From a virus: 64,000 bases of DNA. The notes beneath the pieces were generated by a model. That model did no database searches, was not told where the DNA came from, and worked only from the letters and a program-made list of their open reading frames with translations. Made by a program: the position numbers and the translations under genes. The stretch lies in IMG/VR virus record IMGVR_UViG_3300020478_000004, positions 32,001-96,000 of that record. One strand, written 5' to 3'. This document shows, piece after piece, positions 1 through 10,404 of this stretch (its first letter is position 1; every line of letters begins with the position of its first letter).

Positions 1-2
1 CT

Positions 3-3000
3 ACTCCTGAACATGATTGTAGAATTGAAATTACAGAAGCAGATACTAGCGGAGATATAATTACAATTAATGCAACAGGAACAGCATTTGATGGTAATGC
101 TTCCTACTCAGGACTAACAGGTACAAATACTAACGGTGTTGGTACGGGTGCATTGTTTGATATTTCATATACAAATAATACGTATAGTGTAAGTTTAGCA
201 CAGCCAAGTTATACAAATGTTTCAGGAACAAATCTAGGTGGAACTGGATCAGGTGCACACTTTGATATTACTTTGTCAAATAATACATATACAGTTGCTC
301 TTAATGCCGGTGATGCAAGTACAGGATATACAGTTGGCGATAGAATTAAAATTGACGGTGCTACATTAGGTGGAACAAGTGCTACACATGATGCCGTAGT
401 TGCTGTTTCATCTGTTAATGGTTCCGGTGGAATAACAGGACAAACTGTTACAGGTACGGCAGTAGATGCAGATGTAAGTTATCCAAACGTAACATATACT
501 ACAACATCTATTGGTGGTACAACTGCAAATATTACTGTTAGAAGAGTAGGTACTACTTATGAAGTTAATGTTGTTGGAGGCGGTTCAGGTTACTCAGCAA
601 CAGAAACATTAAGCGTTTTAGGAACAGATGTAGGTGGAGCATCTCCGGCTAATGATGCAACAATTACTATTGATGCTGTTGGTGGATCAGGTGAAATTAC
701 AACAGCTAGTATTACAGGTACTGCGGTTAATACTCAACTGTATGCAGACATCACTAGTGGTGTCAACCAATTAGGTAGCTCAGCAATATTTGATGTCACT
801 GTAAATTATAATAATACATATACAGTTACTATAGGAAATACTGGCGGTGTTAATTACGGCGTTGATCAAAAAATTACTCTAGCAGGAACATCATTTAGTA
901 ACGGATTAAGCCCAGCTAATGATATAACAATTACTATTACAAGTGTTAATCCTACTGGATTAATAACAGGAATTACTCATACTGGTACATCTGCAGATGC
1001 AACAACGAACTATGTAATTGGGGATAGATTATCAGTTTTAGGTAGTATTGTTGGCGGTGTTGATACAACGAATGATGCTATAATTAATGTTACAGGTGTT
1101 AATAGCGGAGTAATTACAAATTTAACAATTAGTGGTGCGGCCCCAGATGCGACAGAAACTTATGTTAATCCAGTTTACACTACAAATACAGCTGGTGGTA
1201 CTAACGCATCATTTACCGTTACAAGATTAGACATAGCTTATTCGGCACTAATTACTGTTCCAGGTACAGGATATTTAACTGGTGAAACATTTACAATTGA
1301 CGGTGCATTACTAGGTGGTTCAACAACAACAAATGATTGTACAATTGAAGTTGCAAGTATCGGTGGTAGTGGTGAAATATTAACAGTTAACGTAACTGGT
1401 ACAGCATTAGACCAAAAAACTTATTATGGTATAAGCCAAGAGGCTGGACAAGCTGTTATGAAAATCGGGGCAGGTGCTACTTGGGACGTTACATTAAGTG
1501 GTGGTGTTTATACACCATCTAATGCAAACCCAGGTACTGATTATAATGCAACGCAAGAAATTATAATTAATGGTAACCAATTAGGTGGAACATCTCCAAC
1601 TAATGATTTAACACTTACAATTACCGGCGTTACAGGAACAGGAGCAATTTCTACATTTACTCATAGTGGTACTGCACCTGGTGGAACTGCATCTTATACT
1701 GATGTTGGAGGAACTAATTTAACTAACACAGGTGCTGGTGCAACATTTGATGTTATACGAAGCACCGGAACTTATAGTTCCTTTACTATAAACTTAGATG
1801 GTGGCAACTATGTAGTTGGAAACAAAATTAAAATTTTAGGATCACAATTAGGCGGAGTTGATGTTACTAACGATCTTATTCTTACTATTACTGGTGCTAC
1901 AACAGATGGTAGTATCAGTAGTGTTTCAGGATTAGGAACAGCTATTACAGGAACAGTTGTTAAAACGTATTCAACTGTAACCATGTCAGAACAATTATTA
2001 CAAGCACTTCCGGCACTTGAAACTGAAGCGTTTGCGGCATTGGCAACTGTAGAAGTTACATTTACTAGTGCTCACGGACTTGTTCCTGGAGATTCATTTA
2101 TTTCAACAATAGCTAGTGATAGTGGCGCAAATAATCACACACTTTGTGAAGGACCATTCTTTGCACAGCAAATTCCAAGTAATACAAAACTTAGATACCA
2201 GTGCAGAGCTCCTGGTACAATTACCGATGTTAATGATATTATAGGCGATATTTATCCAAGACCAGATTCGTTCTTTGTACATAGACCATATGACGGTGGT
2301 GTTATGCTAGGAACAGGTGGACCACAACATGGATCACAAGCAATACGTCAAAGTAAAAAATACATTAGATATCAGTCAGGTAAAGGTATCATGTATACAA
2401 CTGGTGCCTTATTTGCACCAAGTTATGACTTACTTGATGTTACAGCAGATGGAACAACTGCTGGGTCATTTATTACTGTTACTACAGATGATGTTGATCA
2501 CGGATTACAAATTGGTGGACGTATTAGATTAATAGGAATCGAAACTCCAGGTTATAATGGTGATTATACAGTTTCACAAATTACAACAGAGCGTACTTTT
2601 AAAGTTATTGCGGCAACACAATTAGGAAATCAAGCACCAACGTTAAGTGCAAGAGCACAAATTTCATTACTTAAATGGCATGGTGCAACTGTTCGTTCAG
2701 GAGCATTTGACGACCAAAACGGAATCTTTATGGAATACGATGGTGAAAACTTTACTTGTGTTCAACGTACTGCAACATTACAATTAGCAGGTACAGTAAG
2801 TATGAACGTTGATAGTAACACTTGTAGCGGTATAGGAACACGATTTAGAGATCAATTAAAAGCAGGTGATAGAATTGTTATTAAAGGAATGACTCATGTT
2901 GTTTCTGAAGTTGAAAATGATACAACAATGTATCTTACACCTGACTTCCGCGGTGTAACTCCAGCGTCAGCTTGTAAAATATGTTTAGTTAGTGATAAGA

Positions 3001-4685
3001 AAACTAAACAAAACGAATTTAACAAAGATACACTTGATGGTACTGGTAGTAGTGGATATATTTTAGATGTTTCTAAAATGCAGATGATGGGAATTCAATA
3101 CAGTTGGTACGGAGCAGGATTTATTGACTATATGTTACGTGGTGACGACGGTAACTTTATTTTCTTCCATAGAATGAGAAATAGTAATGTAAACACAGAA
3201 GCATTTATGCGTACTGGTAATATGCCAGTTAGATATGAAATTACTAACGAAGGTCCAACAGGTAAACTTGCGGCAGATATTGATTATGCACAAACTACTA
3301 TTCCATTAGTAGATGCAAAATACTTTCCATCAGCAGGAACAATATATATTGATGGTGAGATGATTTCTTATACTGGTATTACTGGAGATACATTAACTGG
3401 GGCAACTAGGGCGGCACCTATGTCAAACTATGCATCAGGAGCCAACAGAACATATACAGCTGGACCGGCCGCGGCTCATTTAGCAAAAACGGGTGTACCA
3501 TTAATTAGTAATACTATATCACCAATCATATCACATTGGGGATCAGCATTCTTAACAGATGGTGGATTTGATAGTGATCGTGGTTACATTTTCTCATATG
3601 CTTCAACTGGTAACGAAATTAGTACAACAAGAAATACAGTTTTCATGCTTAGACTAGCACCTAGTGTATCTAATGCTATTGTTGGTGACTTAGGTGAACG
3701 TGAACTACTTAATAGAGCCCAGTTGCTACTTGAAGGTATTGAAGTTACATCAGATACAAGTACAGGTGGTATCGTTATTGAGGGTGTATTAAATCCACAA
3801 AACTATCCAATTGATCCAAGTAACGTTGGTTGGAGCGGATTATCCGGACTAGCGGCAGGTGGTCAACCTAGTTTTGCACAGATTGCCCCGGGTGGATCTG
3901 TTACATGGAGTACAGGTGCTACACAGGTTGTTAGAAATGCAACGACAACTGCACAATTGTCAGCATCAGCTAATTCCTTGTATAATAGATGGAGTACTAC
4001 ATGGCATTACTTTTCAACAAGTGAATGGGATAGTTTAAATGACGAAGTAGAATCTGGGACAGAAATTATTGCAACAGGAAATCCGGCTACAGGAACTTCA
4101 GACTTTCCAGCAGGAACAACGATTTTTGATATCTATGTAGAATCTTGGTATAACAGGGTACGTATTAGAACTACTAATAGAAACACAGGTCAAATTACTG
4201 CTGGCGAATCAATTACATTTGGTATTGGTGGTGATTTAGCTTATACTAACTACTTGTACTTTACAAGAACATCTTGGGAATCCACTGGTGCCGTTGCAGG
4301 TACAGAAGTAAGTGATAATAAGTTCCCGGCGGGTACTGCGGTATCAAAAGTTGAAGGACCAAAAACATTTGGTGCAACAGAATACTACAAAGTAACATTT
4401 TCACAAACGTCAATTGCAAATATTACAGCTGGTTCAACTGTAGGATTCTTATTTGGACAACCACCGTATGCACAACCAGGTGAAACTGTATTTTCATTCA
4501 TTGCAAATCCAGGTAGTCTTGCAAATCTAGACTTAGGTGGATTGAAAGAGTTAACAAATACTACATTAGGTGGACGAGGAACATATCCAAACGGACCTGA
4601 TGTATTAGCAATTAACGTTTATAAAACGTCAGGTGCGGCTGTTAATGCAAACTTAATCCTTAGATGGGGCGAAGCTCAAGCCTAA
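3..4685 (+). CDS. Giant Gly/Thr-rich repeat-containing virion structural protein (tail fibre/baseplate-associated), 5' end truncated by the window
   Basis: The frame of the 153..4685 ORF stays open back to position 3 (TPEHDCRIEITEAD...). At least 7 imperfect repeats (G[DE]xIxIxGxxLGG...ND) in the N-terminal part; beta-rich composition typical of myophage tail/baseplate proteins. Confidence 0.7.
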   Translation, partial: TPEHDCRIEITEADTSGDIITINATGTAFDGNASYSGLTGTNTNGVGTGALFDISYTNNTYSVSLAQPSYTNVSGTNLGGTGSGAHFDITLSNNTYTVALNAGDASTGYTVGDRIKIDGATLGGTSATHDAVVAVSSVNGSGGITGQTVTGTAVDADVSYPNVTYTTTSIGGTTANITVRRVGTTYEVNVVGGGSGYSATETLSVLGTDVGGASPANDATITIDAVGGSGEITTASITGTAVNTQLYADITSGVNQLGSSAIFDVTVNYNNTYTVTIGNTGGVNYGVDQKITLAGTSFSNGLSPANDITITITSVNPTGLITGITHTGTSADATTNYVIGDRLSVLGSIVGGVDTTNDAIINVTGVNSGVITNLTISGAAPDATETYVNPVYTTNTAGGTNASFTVTRLDIAYSALITVPGTGYLTGETFTIDGALLGGSTTTNDCTIEVASIGGSGEILTVNVTGTALDQKTYYGISQEAGQAVMKIGAGATWDVTLSGGVYTPSNANPGTDYNATQEIIINGNQLGGTSPTNDLTLTITGVTGTGAISTFTHSGTAPGGTASYTDVGGTNLTNTGAGATFDVIRSTGTYSSFTINLDGGNYVVGNKIKILGSQLGGVDVTNDLILTITGATTDGSISSVSGLGTAITGTVVKTYSTVTMSEQLLQALPALETEAFAALATVEVTFTSAHGLVPGDSFISTIASDSGANNHTLCEGPFFAQQIPSNTKLRYQCRAPGTITDVNDIIGDIYPRPDSFFVHRPYDGGVMLGTGGPQHGSQAIRQSKKYIRYQSGKGIMYTTGALFAPSYDLLDVTADGTTAGSFITVTTDDVDHGLQIGGRIRLIGIETPGYNGDYTVSQITTERTFKVIAATQLGNQAPTLSARAQISLLKWHGATVRSGAFDDQNGIFMEYDGENFTCVQRTATLQLAGTVSMNVDSNTCSGIGTRFRDQLKAGDRIVIKGMTHVVSEVENDTTMYLTPDFRGVTPASACKICLVSDKKTKQNEFNKDTLDGTGSSGYILDVSKMQMMGIQYSWYGAGFIDYMLRGDDGNFIFFHRMRNSNVNTEAFMRTGNMPVRYEITNEGPTGKLAADIDYAQTTIPLVDAKYFPSAGTIYIDGEMISYTGITGDTLTGATRAAPMSNYASGANRTYTAGPAAAHLAKTGVPLISNTISPIISHWGSAFLTDGGFDSDRGYIFSYASTGNEISTTRNTVFMLRLAPSVSNAIVGDLGERELLNRAQLLLEGIEVTSDTSTGGIVIEGVLNPQNYPIDPSNVGWSGLSGLAAGGQPSFAQIAPGGSVTWSTGATQVVRNATTTAQLSASANSLYNRWSTTWHYFSTSEWDSLNDEVESGTEIIATGNPATGTSDFPAGTTIFDIYVESWYNRVRIRTTNRNTGQITAGESITFGIGGDLAYTNYLYFTRTSWESTGAVAGTEVSDNKFPAGTAVSKVEGPKTFGATEYYKVTFSQTSIANITAGSTVGFLFGQPPYAQPGETVFSFIANPGSLANLDLGGLKELTNTTLGGRGTYPNGPDVLAINVYKTSGAAVNANLILRWGEAQA

Positions 4686-5272
4686 AAGTTGAACGCTATT
4701 GTTGTGCGTTCTACACCTTTCTTACTCGGCAATACTTGATGTTTTAAATAAGAAGGAAACATTAAAATTCTTCCTTTTACAGCGTTATGAATATTCCCCT
4801 GCCAAGAAAAAACAGCATTAGGATTATAATCTTGTGAATATTCAGTGAATGGATTAGGGTTTCTAAACATTAATCCACCGGCGGCGTTATTAGCTCTAAC
4901 CCAATAAATTCCTGAAATACGTCCTATACCATGTTCATGCTCGTTATGAACATCACCTTCAATATAGTCTTGACACCAATATTCAAATTCATTTTTATTA
5001 GTTTGTAATTGTCGATTAATTGCTTTAAAATTATTACCTTCTTGATATGCGTCTTTACATTGTTTTAATTCTAACCATAATCCAGGAAGATCTTTTGGTA
5101 AGTCTGGAATTATTTTTTCAGGTTCAAAATAATCAGTTGAGTGCGGTGCAGGACCTTCTCGCGAAGGCATTTTATCAAGTTTACTAACTACAAATTTTTC
5201 TACTTCGTCAGCAAGATCTTGTGGGACATCATGTACTAGTAATCCAATTGGAAATAATGGTTCTATATGCAT
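4682..5272 (-). CDS. Putative 2OG-Fe(II) oxygenase (TIGR02466-like)
   Basis: HxH (HEH)...ISGIYWV...FPSYLKHQV...RTTIAFN pattern. Confidence 0.8.
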   Translation of the reverse strand: MHIEPLFPIGLLVHDVPQDLADEVEKFVVSKLDKMPSREGPAPHSTDYFEPEKIIPDLPKDLPGLWLELKQCKDAYQEGNNFKAINRQLQTNKNEFEYWCQDYIEGDVHNEHEHGIGRISGIYWVRANNAAGGLMFRNPNPFTEYSQDYNPNAVFSWQGNIHNAVKGRILMFPSYLKHQVLPSKKGVERTTIAFNF

Positions 5273-5727
5273 TAATCATCACTTAATTCTACTTTAGTAT
5301 CACCGATACTTGGAGCATTAATAGATTGTTCAGCTTCAGTTTTTGCCTGTTGTTTTTCTGCTTCTTGACTGTCACCTGGAATAACTCTATAATTATCACT
5401 AATTGAATCAGCTGTACTAACTTCAGTTATACTACTACCTGCTTCTTGACAAATTAATTGATGTGGTTGTAAAGGAGGATTGTGCCACGTCATTCCTGTT
5501 GTTAATTCTTTTTGAAGAAGTGAAGCAGTTTTAGTATCAATCCAAAGTAATTGAAATTTCCCATTATTTACAAACCAAGTTTCGTCTTTTTCTTTATGAA
5601 AATGCATTGAGAATTTTGCACCAACTTTATCAAAAACTAAAATTTTGCCACAGTACTTGTCAGTAGAAGCCCATATTACTTCATAACCCCAACCTTTTTC
5701 TACTTTTCCATGTAATCTATCTGTCAT
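5272..5727 (-). CDS. Cupin-fold sugar isomerase-like protein
   Basis: KGWGYE...SMHFHKEKDETW...PHQL cupin motifs; lies in the heptose operon. Confidence 0.7.
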   Translation of the reverse strand: MTDRLHGKVEKGWGYEVIWASTDKYCGKILVFDKVGAKFSMHFHKEKDETWFVNNGKFQLLWIDTKTASLLQKELTTGMTWHNPPLQPHQLICQEAGSSITEVSTADSISDNYRVIPGDSQEAEKQQAKTEAEQSINAPSIGDTKVELSDD

Positions 5728-6536
5728 AAAACAAATTCCTCTACTGTTCTAAATTTATGTTCCCCTATAGTACTATTTAATTTTTCTATATTTGCTTGTG
5801 TATAATACTGATATTGATTTTTTAGTTTATCTGGAATTGGAATTTCAATAACTTCTGCCGACCATTTTTTAGCTACTAATTGAGCTATATAATCAAATGA
5901 ATTTGCTTTTCCTGTACCAACATTCCATATATCTGTTGCATCTATAGTTAAAAATTTTTCCAAAATTTCGCATACATCTCCAATATGAATAAAGTCTCGG
6001 AAAATTTCTTTACTACCTTTAAATACTTTAATTTTTCCAGTTTCAATTGCTTGTTTTTTAAATTTATGAAAAACGCTCATCTGCTCACCTTTATGTTCTT
6101 CTCCAGGACCATAAACATTAAAAAATCTAAAACCTTGAACATTAATTTGATATTCGTTTACTGAATGAACAAATCTATCAAACAAATATTTGCTCCAAGC
6201 GTATGGTGATTGTGGATCTACAGGTGAGTTTTCTTTAAATTCTTTTCCTTGTCCATACACACTGGCACTAGATGCATACATAAATGTTGTTCCAAAAGTA
6301 TCACATAGTTCTAACATTTTAATACTAAATTCATAATTCTGTTTTAAAATTTTATCAACGTCTTTTTCAGTTGTATCACTAATCGCTCCTAAATGAATTA
6401 CTCTATCATATTCTTTTGGATCAGGAAAACGTCCGTCTATATAATCATAACCTTCTACTTCATGGCCTTTGTGAACAAGATATGGTGCTAAATTTTTACC
6501 TATAAATCCGTTTGAACCTGTAACTAAAATTCTCAT
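5724..6536 (-). CDS. hldD: ADP-L-glycero-D-manno-heptose 6-epimerase (extended SDR)
   Basis: TGSNGFIG, HLGAISDTT, YASSASVYG, YAWSK, RFFNVYGPGEEHKG, YQYYTQA motifs; near hldE. Confidence 0.85.
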   Translation of the reverse strand: MRILVTGSNGFIGKNLAPYLVHKGHEVEGYDYIDGRFPDPKEYDRVIHLGAISDTTEKDVDKILKQNYEFSIKMLELCDTFGTTFMYASSASVYGQGKEFKENSPVDPQSPYAWSKYLFDRFVHSVNEYQINVQGFRFFNVYGPGEEHKGEQMSVFHKFKKQAIETGKIKVFKGSKEIFRDFIHIGDVCEILEKFLTIDATDIWNVGTGKANSFDYIAQLVAKKWSAEVIEIPIPDKLKNQYQYYTQANIEKLNSTIGEHKFRTVEEFVL

Positions 6537-7246
6537 ATTTTTTCAAACCTTATATTATTTGGTTCTATTTTAATCCAACACATACCGCTTTGGCCTGTAT
6601 TATGTATATCGTGTTTTCTTATTGTTGTTAAAGAAAATTTATGGTCTTCAACAAATTGTTTTGCATAACCTTCTTGTTTTGCTGTAAAAATACTTTCTTT
6701 ATGAAAATATTGCATTATAGATTTAGGTATCCTCTTGTCATTTAACATATCAATTAAGAGTTTTATATAATAAAATCCTTCATCATAACTGCACAATCCG
6801 TCTATAAAAATAGATGAATAATTATTCATACTATATAAGCCCCAAGCTATTAATTGATCAATTACTTTAACATCTCTATCAAAATCAGAAAAAACACAAT
6901 CAACATTATTCATTAGCTTAAAGTCTATGTCTTGGTTTAATAAAGTAAAATGATCTTGTATTTCTAATTTTTCAACTGTAGAATTAATAAACTCTGAATA
7001 AGATTTACCACCTTCATTACAAGGATGACCATACTGCCGACCATTATCAATAGTTATACAGTTACCTATTCCATTTTCTTTCATTGCGTATGCAACTGCA
7101 AATGAAGTACAACCTAAACCAGTTCCAAACTCTACAAAAGTTTTATATTTTTTCATTTTTGTTAATGCATAAAAAAATAATGAACTATCTTCAGTATTAT
7201 ATGCTATTCCGTGCTCTTTTATGTATGTTAATAAGTCTTGGTTCAT
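6533..7246 (-). CDS. Class I SAM-dependent methyltransferase-like protein
   Basis: VEFGTGLG motif I, later acidic motif (TIDNG). Confidence 0.6.
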   Translation of the reverse strand: MNQDLLTYIKEHGIAYNTEDSSLFFYALTKMKKYKTFVEFGTGLGCTSFAVAYAMKENGIGNCITIDNGRQYGHPCNEGGKSYSEFINSTVEKLEIQDHFTLLNQDIDFKLMNNVDCVFSDFDRDVKVIDQLIAWGLYSMNNYSSIFIDGLCSYDEGFYYIKLLIDMLNDKRIPKSIMQYFHKESIFTAKQEGYAKQFVEDHKFSLTTIRKHDIHNTGQSGMCWIKIEPNNIRFEKI

Positions 7247-8499
7247 TGTTTAATCTTCTTTATTAAATCTGTTGTTGAATGTCCTTTTATTCTAGGAAAT
7301 ATAACAACATTAGCTAATTCATTTCCTACAGTAGTTTCAACAGTATAATCATCACCTTTTACAATAACATCAGGATTGATTTTTTTGATAATATCTATTG
7401 GTGTATCTTCATCAAAAATGATAACCTCATCTATAAATCCTAATGCTTCTAATGTTTCTTTTCTTTTAACTTCATTATTAATGGGTCTATTTTCGCCTTT
7501 AAGACGTCTAACACTTGCATCACTATTAATACCCACCACAAGACGTTTTCCTAACGTGTGTGCGTGTCTTAGTAGCTTTAAATGGCCAGTATGTAGTATA
7601 TCAAACACTCCATTAGTCCATACTATACCACGATTTAAATCATCAAGTGTAACTGGAGATACACCACGCTTTTCTACAGTTCTAGTTGCGGCATAACAAG
7701 CAAGTTCACACGCTTTAGGAATATCTATTCCCTTATTATAAGCATGAACAATAACTGCTAATACTGTATCACCAGCACCTGATACATCGGCTACTTCTTT
7801 TGTATCTTCTTTAAAATAATGATACTCTCCGTCTGTATTTAAAACATGAATACCATTAGCACCATCAGTTACGACTAACCATGTCCAGTTATGGTCTCGC
7901 ATATATTCTAATGCATGAGTTTTATTATATTTTCCATTCCATTGTTCGTATTCTAGCATATTAGGTTTAACCAAAAATGCTCCATCATAAAATCTTGCAT
8001 CTTGTTTAGGATCTACAAATATTTTTACATCTGCAAACTCTTTTATATCACTAATAGTATCTTCTGTAACAGTTCCTTTTCCATAATCACTAACAACTAT
8101 TATATTAGAACTTCTTATAGATGCTTTTAACCTATTAAGTGCTTCATGACTTTTAATTGCTACTACTTCTCTGTCCCAACGTAAAAGATGTTGCCCTGTT
8201 TTTCCTACTAATCTTGTTTTAATAGTTGTTCTAGGTGCATCCTTAGATAAATTACTAACTATATTAGTCTTTTCTAATAAATGAAGTATATGAATACCTT
8301 GTGTATCTTTTCCTATTACTCCATATAATTCTACACGATTATTAATGTTCGCTAAATTAATTGCTAAATTGGCGGCACCACCTAAATTGAACTTTTGTTG
8401 TTCTTCTTTTAATATTAAAACATCTGCTTCTGGCGATACCCTACTAGCATCACCGATGATCCAACGATCCAACATTATATCGCCATAAACTTTAATCAT
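7243..8499 (-). CDS. hldE: Bifunctional heptose-7-phosphate kinase / heptose-1-phosphate adenylyltransferase
   Basis: GDIMLD, GGAANLA, SDYGKG, DVSGAGDT (PfkB kinase) fused to TNGVFDILHTGH, GINSDASV, KGDDY (nucleotidyltransferase). Confidence 0.92.
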   Translation of the reverse strand: MIKVYGDIMLDRWIIGDASRVSPEADVLILKEEQQKFNLGGAANLAINLANINNRVELYGVIGKDTQGIHILHLLEKTNIVSNLSKDAPRTTIKTRLVGKTGQHLLRWDREVVAIKSHEALNRLKASIRSSNIIVVSDYGKGTVTEDTISDIKEFADVKIFVDPKQDARFYDGAFLVKPNMLEYEQWNGKYNKTHALEYMRDHNWTWLVVTDGANGIHVLNTDGEYHYFKEDTKEVADVSGAGDTVLAVIVHAYNKGIDIPKACELACYAATRTVEKRGVSPVTLDDLNRGIVWTNGVFDILHTGHLKLLRHAHTLGKRLVVGINSDASVRRLKGENRPINNEVKRKETLEALGFIDEVIIFDEDTPIDIIKKINPDVIVKGDDYTVETTVGNELANVVIFPRIKGHSTTDLIKKIKQ

Positions 8500-8936
8500 T
8501 TTTGTTCCATTAATGATACTAGTTTAAAGACTGTTTCTAGTTTTGTTAAATTTGCTTTATTTTGTAATGTATTACGTAAACCTTGGTGCAATGGTTTAGG
8601 CCAATTATTGAAACTTACCCAAGCATATCCATTATGTTCTTCGTTTAATTTTGGAATAAATTCTTCTTTTACTACACAAAGATATGTGTGAAAATTAAAT
8701 TTGTCATCCCTACTAACAAACGTTTCTAAAGGAATAGACTTTATTATATCAGGAATAAACCCAATTTCTTCTTTGATTTCTCGTTGTAATGCTTGGAATG
8801 GAATTTCTTCACTTTCATTAGTACCACCTACAAGACCCCAAACATTATTTTGTTTACTTTGAACCCTATGCAAAAATAAAAATCTTTGAGTATCTAATGT
8901 GTAGAAGAGAGCACCACTACATATTATATTAGTCAT
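8496..8936 (-). CDS. NUDIX hydrolase
   Basis: WGLVGG-x-ALQREIKEEIG Nudix box. Confidence 0.85.
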   Translation of the reverse strand: MTNIICSGALFYTLDTQRFLFLHRVQSKQNNVWGLVGGTNESEEIPFQALQREIKEEIGFIPDIIKSIPLETFVSRDDKFNFHTYLCVVKEEFIPKLNEEHNGYAWVSFNNWPKPLHQGLRNTLQNKANLTKLETVFKLVSLMEQK

Positions 8937-8949
8937 ACTAATAATTATG

Positions 8950-10404
8950 TTAAAGTGCTAGGCGCCAAGTGCCTTTTCGATATTCGCCTTCGAAGCTTAA
9001 TGTCCAAGATGTACCGTCCCATTTATATTGGATACCGGTATTAAGATTGGTTGTATACTTGACATCTATAGTTGAATCAGAGCCATCATTTTGACTAGCG
9101 TCAAAAACTATAGTCCAAGCATTATTATCCCATTCAATTATATCGTTTGTTGATGCAATCAAATCGTTGCCACTAACATCTTTCCAAGCATCTGCACCGT
9201 CTACATTAGTAGTTGCACCAATATCACCTAATAATAAAATCCTAGTTCCACTTTGTTTAATATCTGTAGGATTAGTTCTTGTTGGGTCAATGATATAATC
9301 AATAGTGCCTTTAGTAACTGCTGGTCCTTCAAATACAGAGTTAGTTGGAATTGTGTCTGTATCCCAGTTTACAATAAGTTGTGTTTCGTCTAACTCGTTA
9401 AGTGCAATAGTTCCTACAACACTACCTAAGTCTAATCTATTTAAATAAATTTTACTTAACCCTGCAACATATTGTCCAGGTAATGCATCTAAAACTACAC
9501 GCCAATTAACTTCACCTGCAACACCTCTATCACCTAATACAGCAATATTATTAGTTACTATTAAGTCGTAATCTTTATACGTACTAATTGCTAGTGCTGT
9601 AGCATCGGCTCTAGTTGCTGTAGCTGTTTTATCATGTTTAGTACTTGTGTTATCATCACCTTTAACATCTTGTGATTCACTATCATCATAACGTTTAAGT
9701 TCAGGTTGCGAAGATCCTAAATCAATTGTACCTTTAGTTTCATCAAAAATACTCATTACAACACTTGTTATAACTCCTAGCTTTTTAACTTTAGCAGGAG
9801 GTGATAACCAAATGGGAGTCATGAAAGATAATTGGCCGACATCAATCTCACTTTCTGTACCCATAGGAATACTTCTAGTAGAAAACGTAACATTTTCTAA
9901 ATTTACTACACTTAAACTTGTCCAATCAACGTAGTTATCAGTTGTTTGAATTTCTAAACTTGGATTAAACAATGTTAATATTTGCTCTATTATTTGTAAC
10001 TTTTGTTCTGTATTAGTTGACCAAATATCTACATTAATACCTAAATTAAACGGAGTAGGCATTAAACGTTCTACTGTATAGTTTTGTCCTTGCGTATTTA
10101 AATATTCTTTATTATTACTGTCATATGCACGTTCACGTAAATGAATTTTTCCTGTATAGGTCGCATCAGATGTTCTCTCTCTGTCCATTGCTAATGATGT
10201 AATATAAACAGATATTCTTGGAGCACTAGGTATTTTATTTTCACTATTATCACGTATGATATGTCCTACTTGACGAGTAATGTCGCCATACATCACCGGT
10301 ATTTGTGTTAAATTACCTTTGCCATCCTTATAAGAAAAGTTACTAAACAATCTTATAAGTTGAGTAATGTAACGTCTTATTTGTCCGTCATAAAAATGTT
10401 GCAT
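8950..10404 (-). CDS. Tail sheath stabiliser / tail completion protein (T4 gp15-like) with C-terminal extension
   Basis: FYDGQIRRY, IPVMYG, P-F-L...QIIEQILTLFNP pattern; next to neck genes. Confidence 0.65.
   Translation of the reverse strand: MQHFYDGQIRRYITQLIRLFSNFSYKDGKGNLTQIPVMYGDITRQVGHIIRDNSENKIPSAPRISVYITSLAMDRERTSDATYTGKIHLRERAYDSNNKEYLNTQGQNYTVERLMPTPFNLGINVDIWSTNTEQKLQIIEQILTLFNPSLEIQTTDNYVDWTSLSVVNLENVTFSTRSIPMGTESEIDVGQLSFMTPIWLSPPAKVKKLGVITSVVMSIFDETKGTIDLGSSQPELKRYDDSESQDVKGDDNTSTKHDKTATATRADATALAISTYKDYDLIVTNNIAVLGDRGVAGEVNWRVVLDALPGQYVAGLSKIYLNRLDLGSVVGTIALNELDETQLIVNWDTDTIPTNSVFEGPAVTKGTIDYIIDPTRTNPTDIKQSGTRILLLGDIGATTNVDGADAWKDVSGNDLIASTNDIIEWDNNAWTIVFDASQNDGSDSTIDVKYTTNLNTGIQYKWDGTSWTLSFEGEYRKGTWRLAL

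Noticed and set aside
153-155. TTG start given for the 1510-aa ORF
   Set aside because: The frame is open to the window edge and the repeat pattern continues upstream, so the gene starts before the window.
4682-8499. Host chromosomal LPS locus, implying a prophage boundary or chimeric contig
   Set aside because: The genes are contiguous with phage neck genes, share the same composition and late-promoter motifs, and no integrase or att site is visible.
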